Both the position numbers and the translations under genes were made by a program. The notes beneath the pieces are model-generated. The model had not been told where the DNA came from. It ran no database searches and saw only the letters and a program-made list of their open reading frames with translations. A stretch of 63,262 nt of DNA, the filler included, from Ministeria vibrans ATCC 50519 (lineage: Eukaryota; Protista; Filasterea): the NCBI GenBank assembly GCA_943704425.1. It is 10 parts of 10 records of this genome, joined end to end, with 100 filler letters (N's around TTAATTAATTAA, not from the genome) between each part and the next. Parts side by side here need not be neighbours in the genome. Positions count along the whole stretch, not along the records: positions 23,044 to 28,651 come from CALSCP010000531.1; positions 28,752 to 54,865 come from CALSCP010000916.1; 8 more parts are not named here. The stretch is one strand, 5' to 3'. Shown here piece after piece: positions 25,141 through 37,588 of the stretch. The number at the start of each line of letters is the position of its first letter. Positions within the stretch are counted from its first letter, which is position 1.

Positions 25141-27593
25141 TTATTGCACTTCTAACATTATACTCTCTACGTCTTCTTCTGACAAATTCACGTCTTTTAG
25201 CAAGGTGACGTTATACACATTACCTTGAGCTTTCCGTTTCTTCTCAACCATCTTCGACATGGCCTCGCCGAAGACTTTCTCTGAGACGGCTTTTTCACCC
25301 GTGTCGCAGCAGAATTGACGATAGTGTTCATACACTGCTTGTGCTGCTGTCCATTCCTCACCACGACGACATACCACTTGTAAGAATCTCTCGTAAATGT
25401 TCATGTCTCTCAGGTATTCCTGCCTCTCACGTTTGATGCATTCTGGCTCTGCCAATCCCGTCTCATACCACATCTGTGCCCCCTTTAACATCCATGTCAA
25501 CACCTCACCAATGCCTTCCTCTTGCAGGTAGCGCACCAGCTCCGCGTCACATTTTTGCTCGGTTCCATTTGGATTGTCGACGAAGCGTGCCTTGAATGGA
25601 ATTATTCGCAGGCGGTCAATCATGGCTCGATCGGTCACGTCGAACTCAGGTTTGTGATTCGTCTCCACCACCACCTTTGCAGTGATGCGATGCTCTTCTA
25701 TCTCGCCATAGAGCTTGCGGAACACAATGCGATTGTTTCCCGTTAACACCTTTGTTGCAGACGAGTCAGTTTGCTCTCCGTCTCCGCAGCAACACCCAAA
25801 CGAGCACCTACCAAAGGGATCAAATGTGGAGACGCAGCACCTGCCTGCTTCTGGCCCGTCTTGGTAAGCACTTCCTTTGCTAAAGGTGTGAATGCCTTGC
25901 CTAAGACGGTGGCAATGGTGTCCGTCAGTGTGGTCTTCCCGTTCCTGCCGCACCCATACCAAATCATGTAGCACCGCTCTCGATTGTGTCCTGTCATGCA
26001 GTAGCCAAGAAAACGCTGCAGATATCGTGTCATGTCTTCGTTGCCACGCATTAGGCTCTTCATGAAAGCGTCACATTTTGACGTGTCTGCCACCATTTCA
26101 GCGGGGCTCTCATAATCAAACAAGTGTTGTGGTGTTCTTTGAACTGTTTCACCAGTGCGCAAATCAATTAGGAGACCGCCTGCAATGGGGAAATGGTCTG
26201 CATCGTCACGCAGACGCTTTGTGAAGTCTTTGTCAAGTAAGCCTACGTGTGCAAAATCAAATATATTCTTTACTCCTCGCCTGCTGTTTATATAATCTAG
26301 TTTGCTTTCTAATTTGTTCCTAGTCTTTTCTTCCTCCTCCACTTCAATCATTTTCTCAATTTCCGGTTCTAAAACATCGGACACGATGTATTCAAACTCC
26401 TCCCTTGATTTTTCTTGCCATAACCTTGTGTCTGTATTCCAATGATAGCCTTTCTTACCTTCAGTTGTCACAATGGTCTGATAGGTCTCTCGTGTAAGCG
26501 ATTCAAACATTGTTGCCAAGTATTTATCCGACTTGCGAAGCAACTCCTGTGTGTCAAAGAGCCGCGCTTTCGGATTGTTTATACTGCTAATTGCCGTGCT
26601 GCTTCGCTTTTCTCCGCTCACTTGAGTCACTGTCTCTGTTTCAGCCCATTGAGCCCAGCGTTTGAGCGACTCCATGTCGTATCCCTTTTCTTTGCGCGCA
26701 TTTTCATACAGTTTATCGACTTTATCTTCGTCGTATTTTTCTGGGCAGCCCTGTGAGAACTCGTGAGCCAATTTCTTTACTTCTTTCTCAATGCCCATCT
26801 CAGCGGCGCTAATCTTCAAGGCCCATATAACGTGTGTCCAATCGTCGTAATACTCCGACATGTTGCTTTTGAGTTTGTTGATAATTTTTACAAGGGAAGC
26901 GAACCTCTCAATTTTACTGCGCACACGGCGGTGCTTTTCTGACAGCTTGCTCTTAGATTTTCTGAATATGGCGTTGGGTAAGACAGGGGGCAGCCACTCC
27001 GGCATTTTGGTAATACGGTTATAGCGCTCTTCATTGAACATTTGGCTCATTTCCTTGTCTATGTATGTGTAATTCGCACCCGATTCATGCTGACTTCCTG
27101 GTGCTACTGCAAATTCCTTATCGGTGCGGAAGTCAATGCCAAACTTTTCTCCATTTACTTGAATCAACTTAGAGGTGTTCTTGATGCCCATCTCGCTCAA
27201 TTTGCGATCGTGTTTGAAGTAATAATGACGACCGCCACCACCCGTCTCGACTTTTAACGTGTCTAGGCGACCAAACTCACCGACAATTATTGACCAAACA
27301 CACATTCCATAATCCTGCTTATCAATATCAACAACATCTATGCCGGACTTGGCACCGGTTACAATACCAATGTTGTTGCGGGACTCACTCAGACAACCTG
27401 AGAGTCCTTTGATTATTTGTAGTGCCTCCTGTGGTGTCTTTTGAGGCCATTCTTTATAGCAAGGTTTCTTGTCCTTTGTGCACGCCACTGGAGTAATGTT
27501 GTGCTTTACAAATGCTTTAGCGTATTCGACACTAATACACTCACCAGGTTGGCAATAGAGTTCGTCTACAAGGATAAATTCAGATGGATCCAT
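25141..27593 (-). pseudogene. Bifunctional primase-polymerase (Prim-Pol) - PriCT-2 - D5/SF3 helicase, with one frameshift near 25766
   Basis: NIGIVTG..SGIDVVDID, TGGGGRHYYF and GIDFRT...VAPGS.H (Prim-Pol); YDDWTHVIWALK (PriCT-2); GCGRNGKTT (Walker A); GVAAETE. Continues in ORF 25141..25974 with KVLTGNNRI..ETNHKP..AMIDRLRIIPF. Confidence 0.88.
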
Positions 27594-29988
27594 GTTTGTT
27601 GTTTGTTGTTTTTTGTTTGTTGTTTGTTGTTTTTTGGTTGTTTTTTTTGTGTTTTTTGTGATTGATGGGATTGATTTGAATGGTAAAATATGAGACTGGG
27701 ATGTGACTCTCTGTGGGGACAGTGACTCTCTGTGGACTATGGGAATGGGGGGGAGAAGGTGGCTGGTTGGTTGTTTTATTTGTTGTTTTGGGATTAGTTA
27801 TTGTTTTCTTTGAACAGAGGGATCAAGTTTATGATTGTTGAATTGAGATGGTGGACAAAGAGATTTTATAGTTGTTTTATTGTATACATACTAGGCGACA
27901 TTTCTTCAAATGAAAATTCATAAAATAGAAAGTCAATTTCCATTTGAACAAATGGCCCCTATATCATATAGGGAATGGTTCCCATAATATTTAGAGGAAT
28001 CGCTGACTAAAATTTCAATGAATGATAATCCGGGATTAATTTTTAGCAAAATAATTATAATGAATTTTAAAAATAATAATGAAAAAAATACTAAGTAAAC
28101 ACAAAAATCATTAATAATGGGAGTTGAGCTTGATTTCGATGGGAGACGTCACAGCTTGATGTGGACTTGCGACTTGTGAATGGGATGTGATTTTCAATAG
28201 GAGTTGGGGAGCTTCGATTGGGGTTTGATACTTCAGGTGTGTGATTGTGTGAGAGAAGAGATGCTGGAGCAGATGAGTTTGGGACCTCATCTGTCGTTTT
28301 TTCTTCTTTTTGTTGCGTTTGCGTATCATGCAGTGAAATGAAAAACCCCAGTTTGATTGTAAATAACTTTTCAAAATACAAAAATACTTCTCCCGTCTCT
28401 CCTGTGTGTCGTGATGATGTGTATGTGCCTGTCACCCTTGCTATTTATCTTTCTATCTGTATCTGTGACAGTACATCTCTCTGTCTGATTTTATTGCGCA
28501 TTTTGGGCACTCTTGGTGGGAATAGGCGCGCGGCGTACTTCACTCGAACCCTGCGCAGCACCTGCATGGCGCCTGGGTGTCAAATGGGGCACGCCAGTGC
28601 CTCCTCCTCGTTTCCAAATTTGTCCCTGTTGAGCTCCCGGCGATGATGATGNNNNNNNNNNNNNNNNNNNNNNNNNNNNNNNNNNNNNNNNNNNNTTAAT
28701 TAATTAANNNNNNNNNNNNNNNNNNNNNNNNNNNNNNNNNNNNNNNNNNNNTCAAAAAAATGAAACCGTAAAAAAAAAAAAAAACGCAACATCCACCGCA
28801 TCGGCAAACAGCGCTCATCCCAGACGAATCAGTGGGGTCAGCCCGACGCGATTTTCAATGGTACACGCAGTGGCGGCCGTCAAACGCGTGCAGTGCCTTG
28901 CAGATGAGCCTCAGGAGAGTGACAAAAAAAAGAGACAAACGCGAACGAGAGAAAAAAAAAAAAAAAAAAAAAACTATCCATCGAGGAGAAAAGCCTCATC
29001 AAGGGGGGCTGTGAGACCGTCAGCATGGCAGTGCTGCCAAATGCCACCAAGACAGATGCCACGCAAACGAAAACGAAGAGAGAAGAACAAGAAAGGAAAA
29101 AAAAAAAACCACTCAATGAAGAGTATTTTGTGTGTGTGGGAGTGGTGCGCAGGGCCTCGATCGAGTCGGAGGGGACGATCGCACAGGGGCAGGCGGACGG
29201 GGCGAGCGAGCGGTGTGTGGTTGAGGGGCTTTTCGTATTCTTACGCCTTGTCCAAAAACTCGCGTGCCTTCCACATTCTAACGCGCGAGAGGAGAAGCTT
29301 GGAGGGTCACACAGACAGAACAGAAGGAAATGGAATGATGAATGAAAGCAGAAAGGCCGTTAGGACTTGGGTGATTGTTCAAAGTTGTTTATCAGAAGCA
29401 AAGTTCACTATCAACAGTGAACCAAATAGTGTTCGCTTGCGCTCGCTAGCCTCCAAAAACAGACCGCGCGGGCATATGATGCCACACCATACACGCATGC
29501 GACCCTATTGACAAGAGTCTAAGAGTCTACAGTGTCGTAGCGACTGCGTTTCAGTGAGTCTGCGAAAAAATTTGTTTTGCGTTGTCTGGGCACGAGCGTC
29601 TCCCCACGCTATCAAATACACTTTATAACAAAGTCATTCGTTGAATCCAGGCATCTGCTGGACCTTTTCATTAATGAGTGGCGCTGTTCGTCGCGTCAAA
29701 GAAAATGGGATCTTTTCACCGCCTCGACTCTCGCCAGGCACTCGAAATGGCGTCTACCCAGGATCCTATGGGCTCCTGACAAGCCTACGGGGAGGGTATA
29801 GGCGCGCGGAATTTCGTTACGGCGCGGGATCTGCCGATTAGGCGATCAGTTGATCAAGAGACGCTGTCGCCATCTCGTCACCGACGAATTTTTGACCAAT
29901 TTTTTTATTCTCTTTTTTTGCCCGACGATTTGCGAATCACGTAAAAAACCATTTTCGACATTTCCAGCAAAAAGACGACAACCCACGA

Positions 29989-30667
29989 ATGACTGAAATG
30001 AGTGCCTCCGCGTATCACCGTGTCCTTGCCGCTGTCAAGCATGCGCCGCGTGCTGCTGCAGCGCAGCTTGAGGTACACGCCAAAAGGAAAAGTGCGATGA
30101 GACGCGTTTCACGCTCACCTGCGCCACACGCCCTGCCGCAGCCCCTGCTGGTCGCCGTGTCGAAAACAAAGCCTGCCGATGAAGTCTTGCGCATCTACGA
30201 CCAGGGCCATCGTCACTTTGGCGAGAATTACGTACCAAAAAGCACTTTTTTCGTTTCTTTTCCGTCACACTCATCGAATGGCTTGTCGTACGGCGCTCTC
30301 GCCCTGTCCACAGGTCAACGAGTGGGTACAGAAGGCCGCTGTGCTCCCGCGCGACATCAAATGGCACTTTGTGGGTCATTTACAGTCCAATAAGGTCAAT
30401 CTCGTTACAGGTACAAAGTGAAAACAAAGTCGCAATCTGAAAAATAATAATCGATCGACATTTTTTTTTTTTTTTTTTTTGATCAATGATTTAAGCGATA
30501 CCGAATTTGCATCTGTTTGAGACAATCCACAGCGAGAAGATAGCGCGACTCTTGAACAACTCATGGGAAGTATCAGAACGTCCCGAACCCCTCCGCGTGT
30601 TAGTGCAGGTTAACACGAGTGGGGAAGAAAGTAAAACAGACTGAGAGAGAGAGAGAGAGAGAGACAG

Positions 30668-30698
<31 letters not shown>

Positions 30699-31211
30699 GA
30701 GTATTTTTTTTGATCGGGTTTCGTTTGATAGACAAACACGGAGTGTCCTGTGACGGGTGTGTTGATCTGGTGCGTTACGTGGTGAGCGAATGTCCCCATC
30801 TCAGCTTTCAGGGGCTTATGACCATTGGTGAGATTGGTCGTGACCCTAACTTGGGACCCAATCCGGATTTTCTCGTACGCCACACAAGTAGCACTAGCGC
30901 CATCTCTTATACAGTTTGTATGTATGTGTGTGCGTGTAGACGCTGGTAAAGTGTCGGGAGCGAGTTTCAAGCGCACTAGACATTCCCATCCACCGAATGC
31001 ATTTGAGTATGGGAATGTCGACGGACTTTGAACAAGCGGTATGGAAAACAACAATAATAATCATAATGATAAACACCTAATCGACTCTTGTTGCTTGTTT
31101 TGCTTGCTTCATAAACCATAGATTGGCTTGGGTTCGACTATTGTTCGAGTTGGGAGTACTATTTTTGGTGCGCGAACACCCAAAAAACAAGAACAAACTG
31201 TTTTGTGTTAA
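29989..31211 (+). CDS. PLPBP: Pyridoxal phosphate homeostasis protein (YggS/PROSC), multi-exon
   Basis: LVAVSKTKP; FGENYV; [12 protein letters not shown]; VQVNTSGEE; GLMTIG; [10 protein letters not shown]; [13 protein letters not shown]. Confidence 0.95.
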
Positions 31212-31485
31212 AAAGGGAACATGCGCAAAACAAACACTATTCAACAGCACACATGAAACGGATCAGAAAAGGCACACTCAACAACGTTGATGTCAGAAAG
31301 TATATAAAAATAAAAAAATATCATCAGTTTGTTTAATAGTTTACAAAAAAATAGTAGTGCAAAATCGAAACAAAAACGAAACGCACGAAATGAAAAACAG
31401 ATAACAGCCACAAAACATAATATGAAACAGATTCAGGGAGTAATTGCGGGGTGAAATTGAGGAATGAGCAGGAAATGATTTGGGT

Positions 31486-32783
31486 TCAAACAAGTCCATC
31501 ATACAGACAAATGGCCTGCACAGTCGACGGATCCCCCTTGCACGCATTCACAAACTCCTCTTTGCTAATACTATCATCGTGATTCTACAAAAACAAAAAC
31601 CATATGCAAGGATTATCAGTATTAACATGACATTATTATAATTGTGTTTTGTTGATGTTTTTTGTTTTTACGACATCAATTTTTGCCATAATCATATCGA
31701 CGCGCTTCTCGGGAGTGTCCTGGTCGGGCGGCATGACGACCATGTCGCCCACCATCTGGTACAGCGATGACGTCACAATATGCACTTCTTTGCGGCTGAT
31801 TGATCCGCTACTGTCCAAGTCGTACACATGAAATGCCCCTGAAACCACACAGGTCAAATTACTTCTGTCTCTCTCGTTGTTTTTTGTTTTTTGTTTTACA
31901 GTCAAGCTTTTCGTCGACTGAGCCACGAGAGGACACTGAAAGGGCCATCATGTACTCTTTAAAGTCAATAACTCCGTCTTGGTTCGCATCAAATGCCTAA
32001 CATAATTAAACAATAGCAAATCAAGTCAGGCACAAAATCCCCCTTGTCAGCTTACGCGAAACACATAACCGGCAAAATCCTCACTCTGTCCAAAGGGAAA
32101 CAGTTGCTGATACATGGTGAGAAAGGCAGCTCGCGTGATGATCCCCGACGGGTTCTCCTTGATGAACGCCTTGTACCATGCCGTGAGTTCTCTCCTGTCA
32201 ACTGCGAAAAATATATATATTCAATGTTATGTCTCTTGGTATTATAATTATTATTATTATAATAATATAATGTGAATGGTCAGAGTTTCAGTCGTGCTTG
32301 AAAATGAGACAGCCAGCAACCCACCACCACATCAAAGCATACCCATGGCCGGCCAAGCCACCCTGTACGGCTGAATGGGAAGCGTCATTCGCCGAAATTC
32401 TCCAAAAGTGAAAAACTGCACTTTTTTTTCAAATACCATTTCACAAAGAAAAAACACAAAGCAAAACACAACGAGCATACGAACGATCGCGCTGTCAAAC
32501 CGCATAATCCACAGACACAGACAGCGCGCCGGCGGTGAGTGTTTATCCTCAGAGAAACGACAAAAAAAANNNNNNNNNNNNNNNNNNNNNNNNNNNNNNN
32601 NNNNNNNNNNNNNNNNNNNNNNNNNNNNNNNNNNNNNNNNNNNNNNNNNNNNNNNNNNNNNNNNNNNNNNNNNNNAAAAAAAAAAAAAAAACGACAAAGT
32701 ATCAAAAACCCCAAAAACATACAGTAGGTCAATTTGAGCAAGTCATCGTAGTCCTCCTGCGGCAATGATGGGCCCACCCCCAT
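31486..32783 (-). CDS. Neuronal calcium sensor / frequenin-like EF-hand protein (multi-exon)
   Basis: MG N-terminus (myristoylation-like); [12 protein letters not shown]; [14 protein letters not shown]; [17 protein letters not shown]; DTPEKRVD; C-terminal LYDGLV. Confidence 0.9.
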
Positions 32784-32901
32784 TGTCAACGAAGATCAAA
32801 GAGACACAATATAAGTTGTAACAACTAATTTTATTTTTTAGTTTTTAATCGATTGTAAAAGTTCCTCAAAAATATTATTGTTCTTCACTAAATTTTATTC
32901 A

Positions 32902-33348
32902 ATGTCGAACCACGATAGGTACATGGGACTGGCCGTTGAGTTGGCACACAAGAGCGAGGCGGTCGACTCGGCGTACTGCGTCGGGTGCGTCATAGTCGAC
33001 GGAAACACCCTCGAAGTGCTTTCGACGGGCTTTTCGCGCCAACTGCCCGGAAACACGCACGCCGAGGAGTGTGCGCTCGCCACGCTGCCCCGCACGGTCG
33101 CCCCAGGCGCCATTCTGTACACCACCATGGAGCCGTGCTCCAAACGCCTCTCGGGCAAGGCGTGCTGCGTTGCGCGAATCCTCCGCTCTCCCGCCATCGC
33201 CCATGTCGTCGTGGGCGCCGCAGAGCCCCCCAACTTCGTCCAGTGCACCGGAATCCAGCAGCTGCGCGATGCTCACGTCCAAGTCACCGTCTTGGACCAC
33301 TGGAGGGACAGATGTCTTGAGCCCAACAGACACATTGTAACAATTTGA
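32902..33348 (+). CDS. Zn-dependent pyrimidine deaminase, Rib2-type (riboflavin-pathway deaminase domain)
   Basis: STGFSRQLPGNTHAEECAL and YTTMEPCSKRLSGKACC (HAE/PC..C motifs) closely follow the fungal Rib2 deaminase domain. Confidence 0.8.
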   Translation: MSNHDRYMGLAVELAHKSEAVDSAYCVGCVIVDGNTLEVLSTGFSRQLPGNTHAEECALATLPRTVAPGAILYTTMEPCSKRLSGKACCVARILRSPAIAHVVVGAAEPPNFVQCTGIQQLRDAHVQVTVLDHWRDRCLEPNRHIVTI

Positions 33349-33399
33349 TCATGAATAATAGTTTGATTGTATTTCTCTCTCTTTCTACAAATCCCTCAC

Positions 33400-36300
33400 T
33401 TAAATGGCACACACAGCTGCGTGCACCGCACGCAAATCCCCATCGTTCAGCACCATGGCTCGTTTTTCTCCCCCTCCAGCCTTGGGCAGACACACACGCG
33501 CCGCAAGCACTCGTGCACGCTGCTCCGCAATGAGTCGCGACACATTCACAACACGACTCGGTCCCTTAACACGCTGCACCAGCGTCCGGTACGTCTCGCT
33601 GGCGCGCGTTCGCAGTGCCGCATTAATCGCGACCGACTCGGCATAGACTGCTCGCGCTCGTCGTCGCTCCACCGCATTCTCATCCGAAATATCCACCACT
33701 CGCGGCACAATCGCACGACCATTCTCCAGTCCCTTCAGCACCTCAAGCACAGTGGAGTCCCCGCTCTTCTCTTGCGTCGGAGGCGGCGGCGCTACAAACA
33801 CCAGCGGTGGCAGCGCACGCGCCATGTCGGCCGACAGCTGCGCTCGCAACTGTGCACACTCCCGACGGCACACACGCACAGCCGCCACAAGCGCACGCGT
33901 GTTGCTTGCCACCACACTCGCAGTGGAGGTCATTGATAACATTGAAGAGGTAGTGACACCACCACCACCACCACCACCACCACCACCACCAGTACTGCTA
34001 CTATTACTCGTACTGCCTCCTGCACCCTCTTCACCGCCCTTCTTGGTGGCCAGCATTTTCCGCTTCAGCTCCTTGTTGCTCACTTCCATCTCCTCCAGCT
34101 CCTGCTCGCGCGTCTCCAATGCCTCCTCCAACTCACGCAGCTCCCGTCGCAGCACCTCCACCTCATCCGCATTGGCCGCACTCGCCTCCATCTGCGCTCG
34201 CTCCTCCCGAACCGCCTTCAGTCGCGTCTCAAGCGCACTGGTGCGCGTCGCTGCCTCATCCAGCGCCTTCACCTTCTTCCGCAACTCAATATTCAGCACC
34301 TGCATCTCTTCCTCCTTGCTCCGCATGCGTCCTCGCAGCGTCTCATTCTCACTCAACTCGGCGCGTACCACACCACTCCGTTCCACCACCGCCACCGGCA
34401 CAACCACCGCTCCTCCTGCGTCGCTCATACCGCCACTGGTAGTCGTCTCCTCCTTCTTCTCCTTGCGCGCAAACTCACCGCTCATCAGTGCAGCCGTAAA
34501 CGACTTGACATGCTTGTCGGTGCTCGCCAGTGCGTGTCGCACACTCTCCATCGCATCCTCGGCAGAGCTCTCAAGCACTAATGCAAATCCAGCGCCAATG
34601 GTCGCATCGTCCACTGTTGCTGCGTCGTCCACCTCGACATTGCCACTCCCATCACCATTCACCACGCTCACCACCACTGAGCCAATGAGTCCCGCCGCAG
34701 AGGCAAACTCACGCGCAAAACCAGACGCAATGTCACGCTTCTCCTTGGTCAGTGCAATGTCCATGCACAGTCCAAGTTCGCTGCGCGCGCCCTCGGCCGA
34801 CTCGCTCGCCGCGCCCGCCCCCATCAGCGCAGGCAGTGTTGTAAGTGCCTCGTCCACATCGGTCGCCTCCAGTCCACCCACGGGTTGCATGGTGGTAGCA
34901 AGCGCAACACGACGAGCACGGTCGCGCAAACTGCTTGTGTGCATCACCACCGCCTCAATCAATGACCCAACCGCACTCTTCGTTGTCGCCGCTTCGTCTT
35001 CCGCATCCCGCAACTGTGACAACACACGAACCTCACAGAGTGTGCACGCTGCGCTCGACTGCAGTTCATCCGCCGCAATCGCAGTGCGCTCCGCGTCACT
35101 GAGTGCTCCCGTGTGCTCTTCGCCCAGTCGCATCAGCTGTCCAGCGCTCTTTCGCACATCCTCACTCGCCCCCTGTCCCGCCTGCAACACGGCAATCTCG
35201 CTTAGCTCGCGTCGCTTTAGCAGGTACAACAGACTGTCAATGCGTCGCTCGTGCACCACCACCTCGTCACGCTGCGCCCCCAACTGCAAAAATGTCTCCA
35301 CCGGCGCACGCGCAAGCCCACCCGCAATGCGTGCTGCCGCCGAGCGCAATGCCAGCAGGCGACGACACATCTCAGCGCCCGCCGACACGCGCATAAGGAG
35401 GCGACGCGAGCGAATCGTTGTCTCACTACTGCTCGTAGTTGTAGTGAGATGAACTCCAAACTGCTCGCACACCTGCTGCACTGCAATGGTGCACTTGACG
35501 GCAATGCGTCGCACCACCAAAAGCGCCGCAAGTGCCGTCATGTCGCACGCATACTGCTCGCTCGGCAGGTATGCCTGTAACATGCGCACCTGCGCCGCCG
35601 TCTGTGTCGCATCAAGACGCAACAGTTGCAGTGCCACTGCACGCTCGTTGGCACGCGCCACGTCCGTCTGCAGACGCGCGTTCTCGGCAAGCGCCGACTG
35701 AGCTGCCGCACGCACACGCGCTTGGTCCGACGTCTGCTCGGCACTCGTCGACTGCAGCGCCATCAGTGCGTCGTTGGTGCGAACCAAACGCTCTTGGTAC
35801 TGTCGCACCTGATCGCGCATGTCTCCAAGCTCACGCGTGCGCTGTTCCATCTCCCGCTCCAAATGACTCACACGCACATCCTTTGAGTCCACTTCAAGAC
35901 GCAGCTCGCGCTCCGTCTGCGAGTGCGCCTCCTCCAGCTCGTCCGACAGGTCCTTGAGCGCATCCAAGTCGTCCACTTGCTCCTGCAAATCCCGCACACG
36001 CTCCTCCAACTCAAGGTTCTTGCGCGTAAGCGACTCTACAATCGCCTCGGCACCCAACGCATCGTCCACTTGGTCCTTGAGGTCCTCCACAGCCTCCTCA
36101 GCCGTCTCCAGCGCAGTCTTGAGCGTCCCGCACTGCTCGCGCAGCTGCCCCACCTCAACCGTCTGTGCCTCCAGCTCGCGAATGCGTGCTTCGTTTTTCT
36201 TCTTGTCCGACTCACTCACATCTCGCAGTCGTACCAGCGCCTCTTTCAGTCGCTCGCACTGTGTTTCCAATGCCTTGTTCGTCACGGCGGCTCCATCGCC

Positions 36301-37360
36301 TCCTCCGCCTCCACCTTCTTTCTCCTCCTCTGCGCGAATCTCCGCCTCCAGCTGCAACTCTTCCACTTGTTCCTCGAGCAGTCGTACTCGCTCGGCGGCC
36401 GCCTCCGCCTGCTCTTCTGCCATCTCCTTGTCGAGTGTCGCCATCTCGACAGTCTCCCCAAACGTGGCAAGTTCCTTCTCCGCCGTGGCGCGTCCCTCTT
36501 TGGCCTCCTTGGCCTCTTTACGCGCCGCCTTGAGCTCCTCCTTGAGCGTCGCCTGAGCCGCCACCCACTGTTGCTTGTAGCTGGCCACTTGTTCGTACTG
36601 AACACGGTACTTGTCCAGTTCCTTGATGGCCTTGCGGTACTGTTCGCAGCGCGCCTCCAGTTGTGTGACTCGCGACGCATCACTCGACGTCGCATTGGCA
36701 GGCGTCTCGTCCGAGGCGGGCGATGGCTCATCGGCACTGGAGGAGGCAGGGGGTGCCTCGCTAGGCGTTGCAGGGGCGGGCGTGGGTGTGGGAGCGGCGA
36801 CGGCGACAGGTTCAGTGGCAGCGGCAGTTGAGGCCGTTGGCGCTGGCGTTGGCGCTGAGGACGAGGCCGCAGCGGATGCCGCGGGTGCCTCAGCCTCGTG
36901 GATGACATTCACTTGCGTCTGGCGCACAAACATGCCATAGAACTCGCCTTCTTCTTGTCCTTCCTGTTAAGACAAAAAAAAAATAAAAAAGTCAAAATGT
37001 TTCAAATGATTTCAACGATCGGTATTTCGTGTTGAGGGAGCTTAATCGACACGCCAACGCGTCAATGACCGGAGTAAGAGATGATCCTGGGATAGGGATC
37101 AAAAAGAGACCGTGGATAGACGCCATTCCGGCGAGAGTGGAGCAAGAGAGAGTTTTTGGAAATGGGTTCGTTTTTGTTCTTACGCGACATTTGAAGTAAC
37201 GCTTCTCGTTGACGACGCCGTTGTTCTTGCCATGGGGCTCGTCAAGCTCGACGCCGACCCACTTGCCCGTGGCAAACAGGGTGGGGCCGCAGTAGCGGAC
37301 AGTTCCGCGCTTTCCCTTGACTTCCACGCGCATCCCGGCGCGGATCACAGAGTCGCTCAT
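33400..37360 (-). CDS. DCTN1: Dynactin subunit 1 (p150Glued)
   Basis: CAP-Gly ([20 protein letters not shown]); [12 protein letters not shown]; [10 protein letters not shown]; [12 protein letters not shown]; long coiled coils. Confidence 0.95.
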
Positions 37361-37588
37361 GACGGTCGGCGAGGGTGCAGCGGCGGTAGTGGCTGTGCGA
37401 GAGTTGAAAAAAAAAAGTAAATGATATGTCATATGAGCAATGAGTTGACAACAGTTTTCATGTCTTTGTTATTTTGTTTGTTTCACACACTGACACACAC
37501 ACACAGTTTTGTTGACTTTACGTTTGACGATTCTTTGATTCATAAAAAACCCACTCTTTCTGCTTTCATTCACTCTCATGCACGCTCT

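Larger units (their letters stand above)
23177..28121. mobile_element. Putative Polinton-like/virophage-derived integrated element (integrase-helicase + PrimPol-helicase); boundaries tentative
   Basis: Two intronless convergent ORFs of viral/transposon type between AT-rich flanks. Imperfect inverted repeat CCCATT(T)ATTAATGAT at 23177-23192 and 28107-28121. Confidence 0.65.

Noticed and set aside
29570-29890. GC-balanced intergenic stretch as a possible structured ncRNA or MITE
   Set aside because: Only a weak 8-nt inverted repeat was found, with no recognisable snRNA, SRP or RNase P motif. An Rfam search would be needed.
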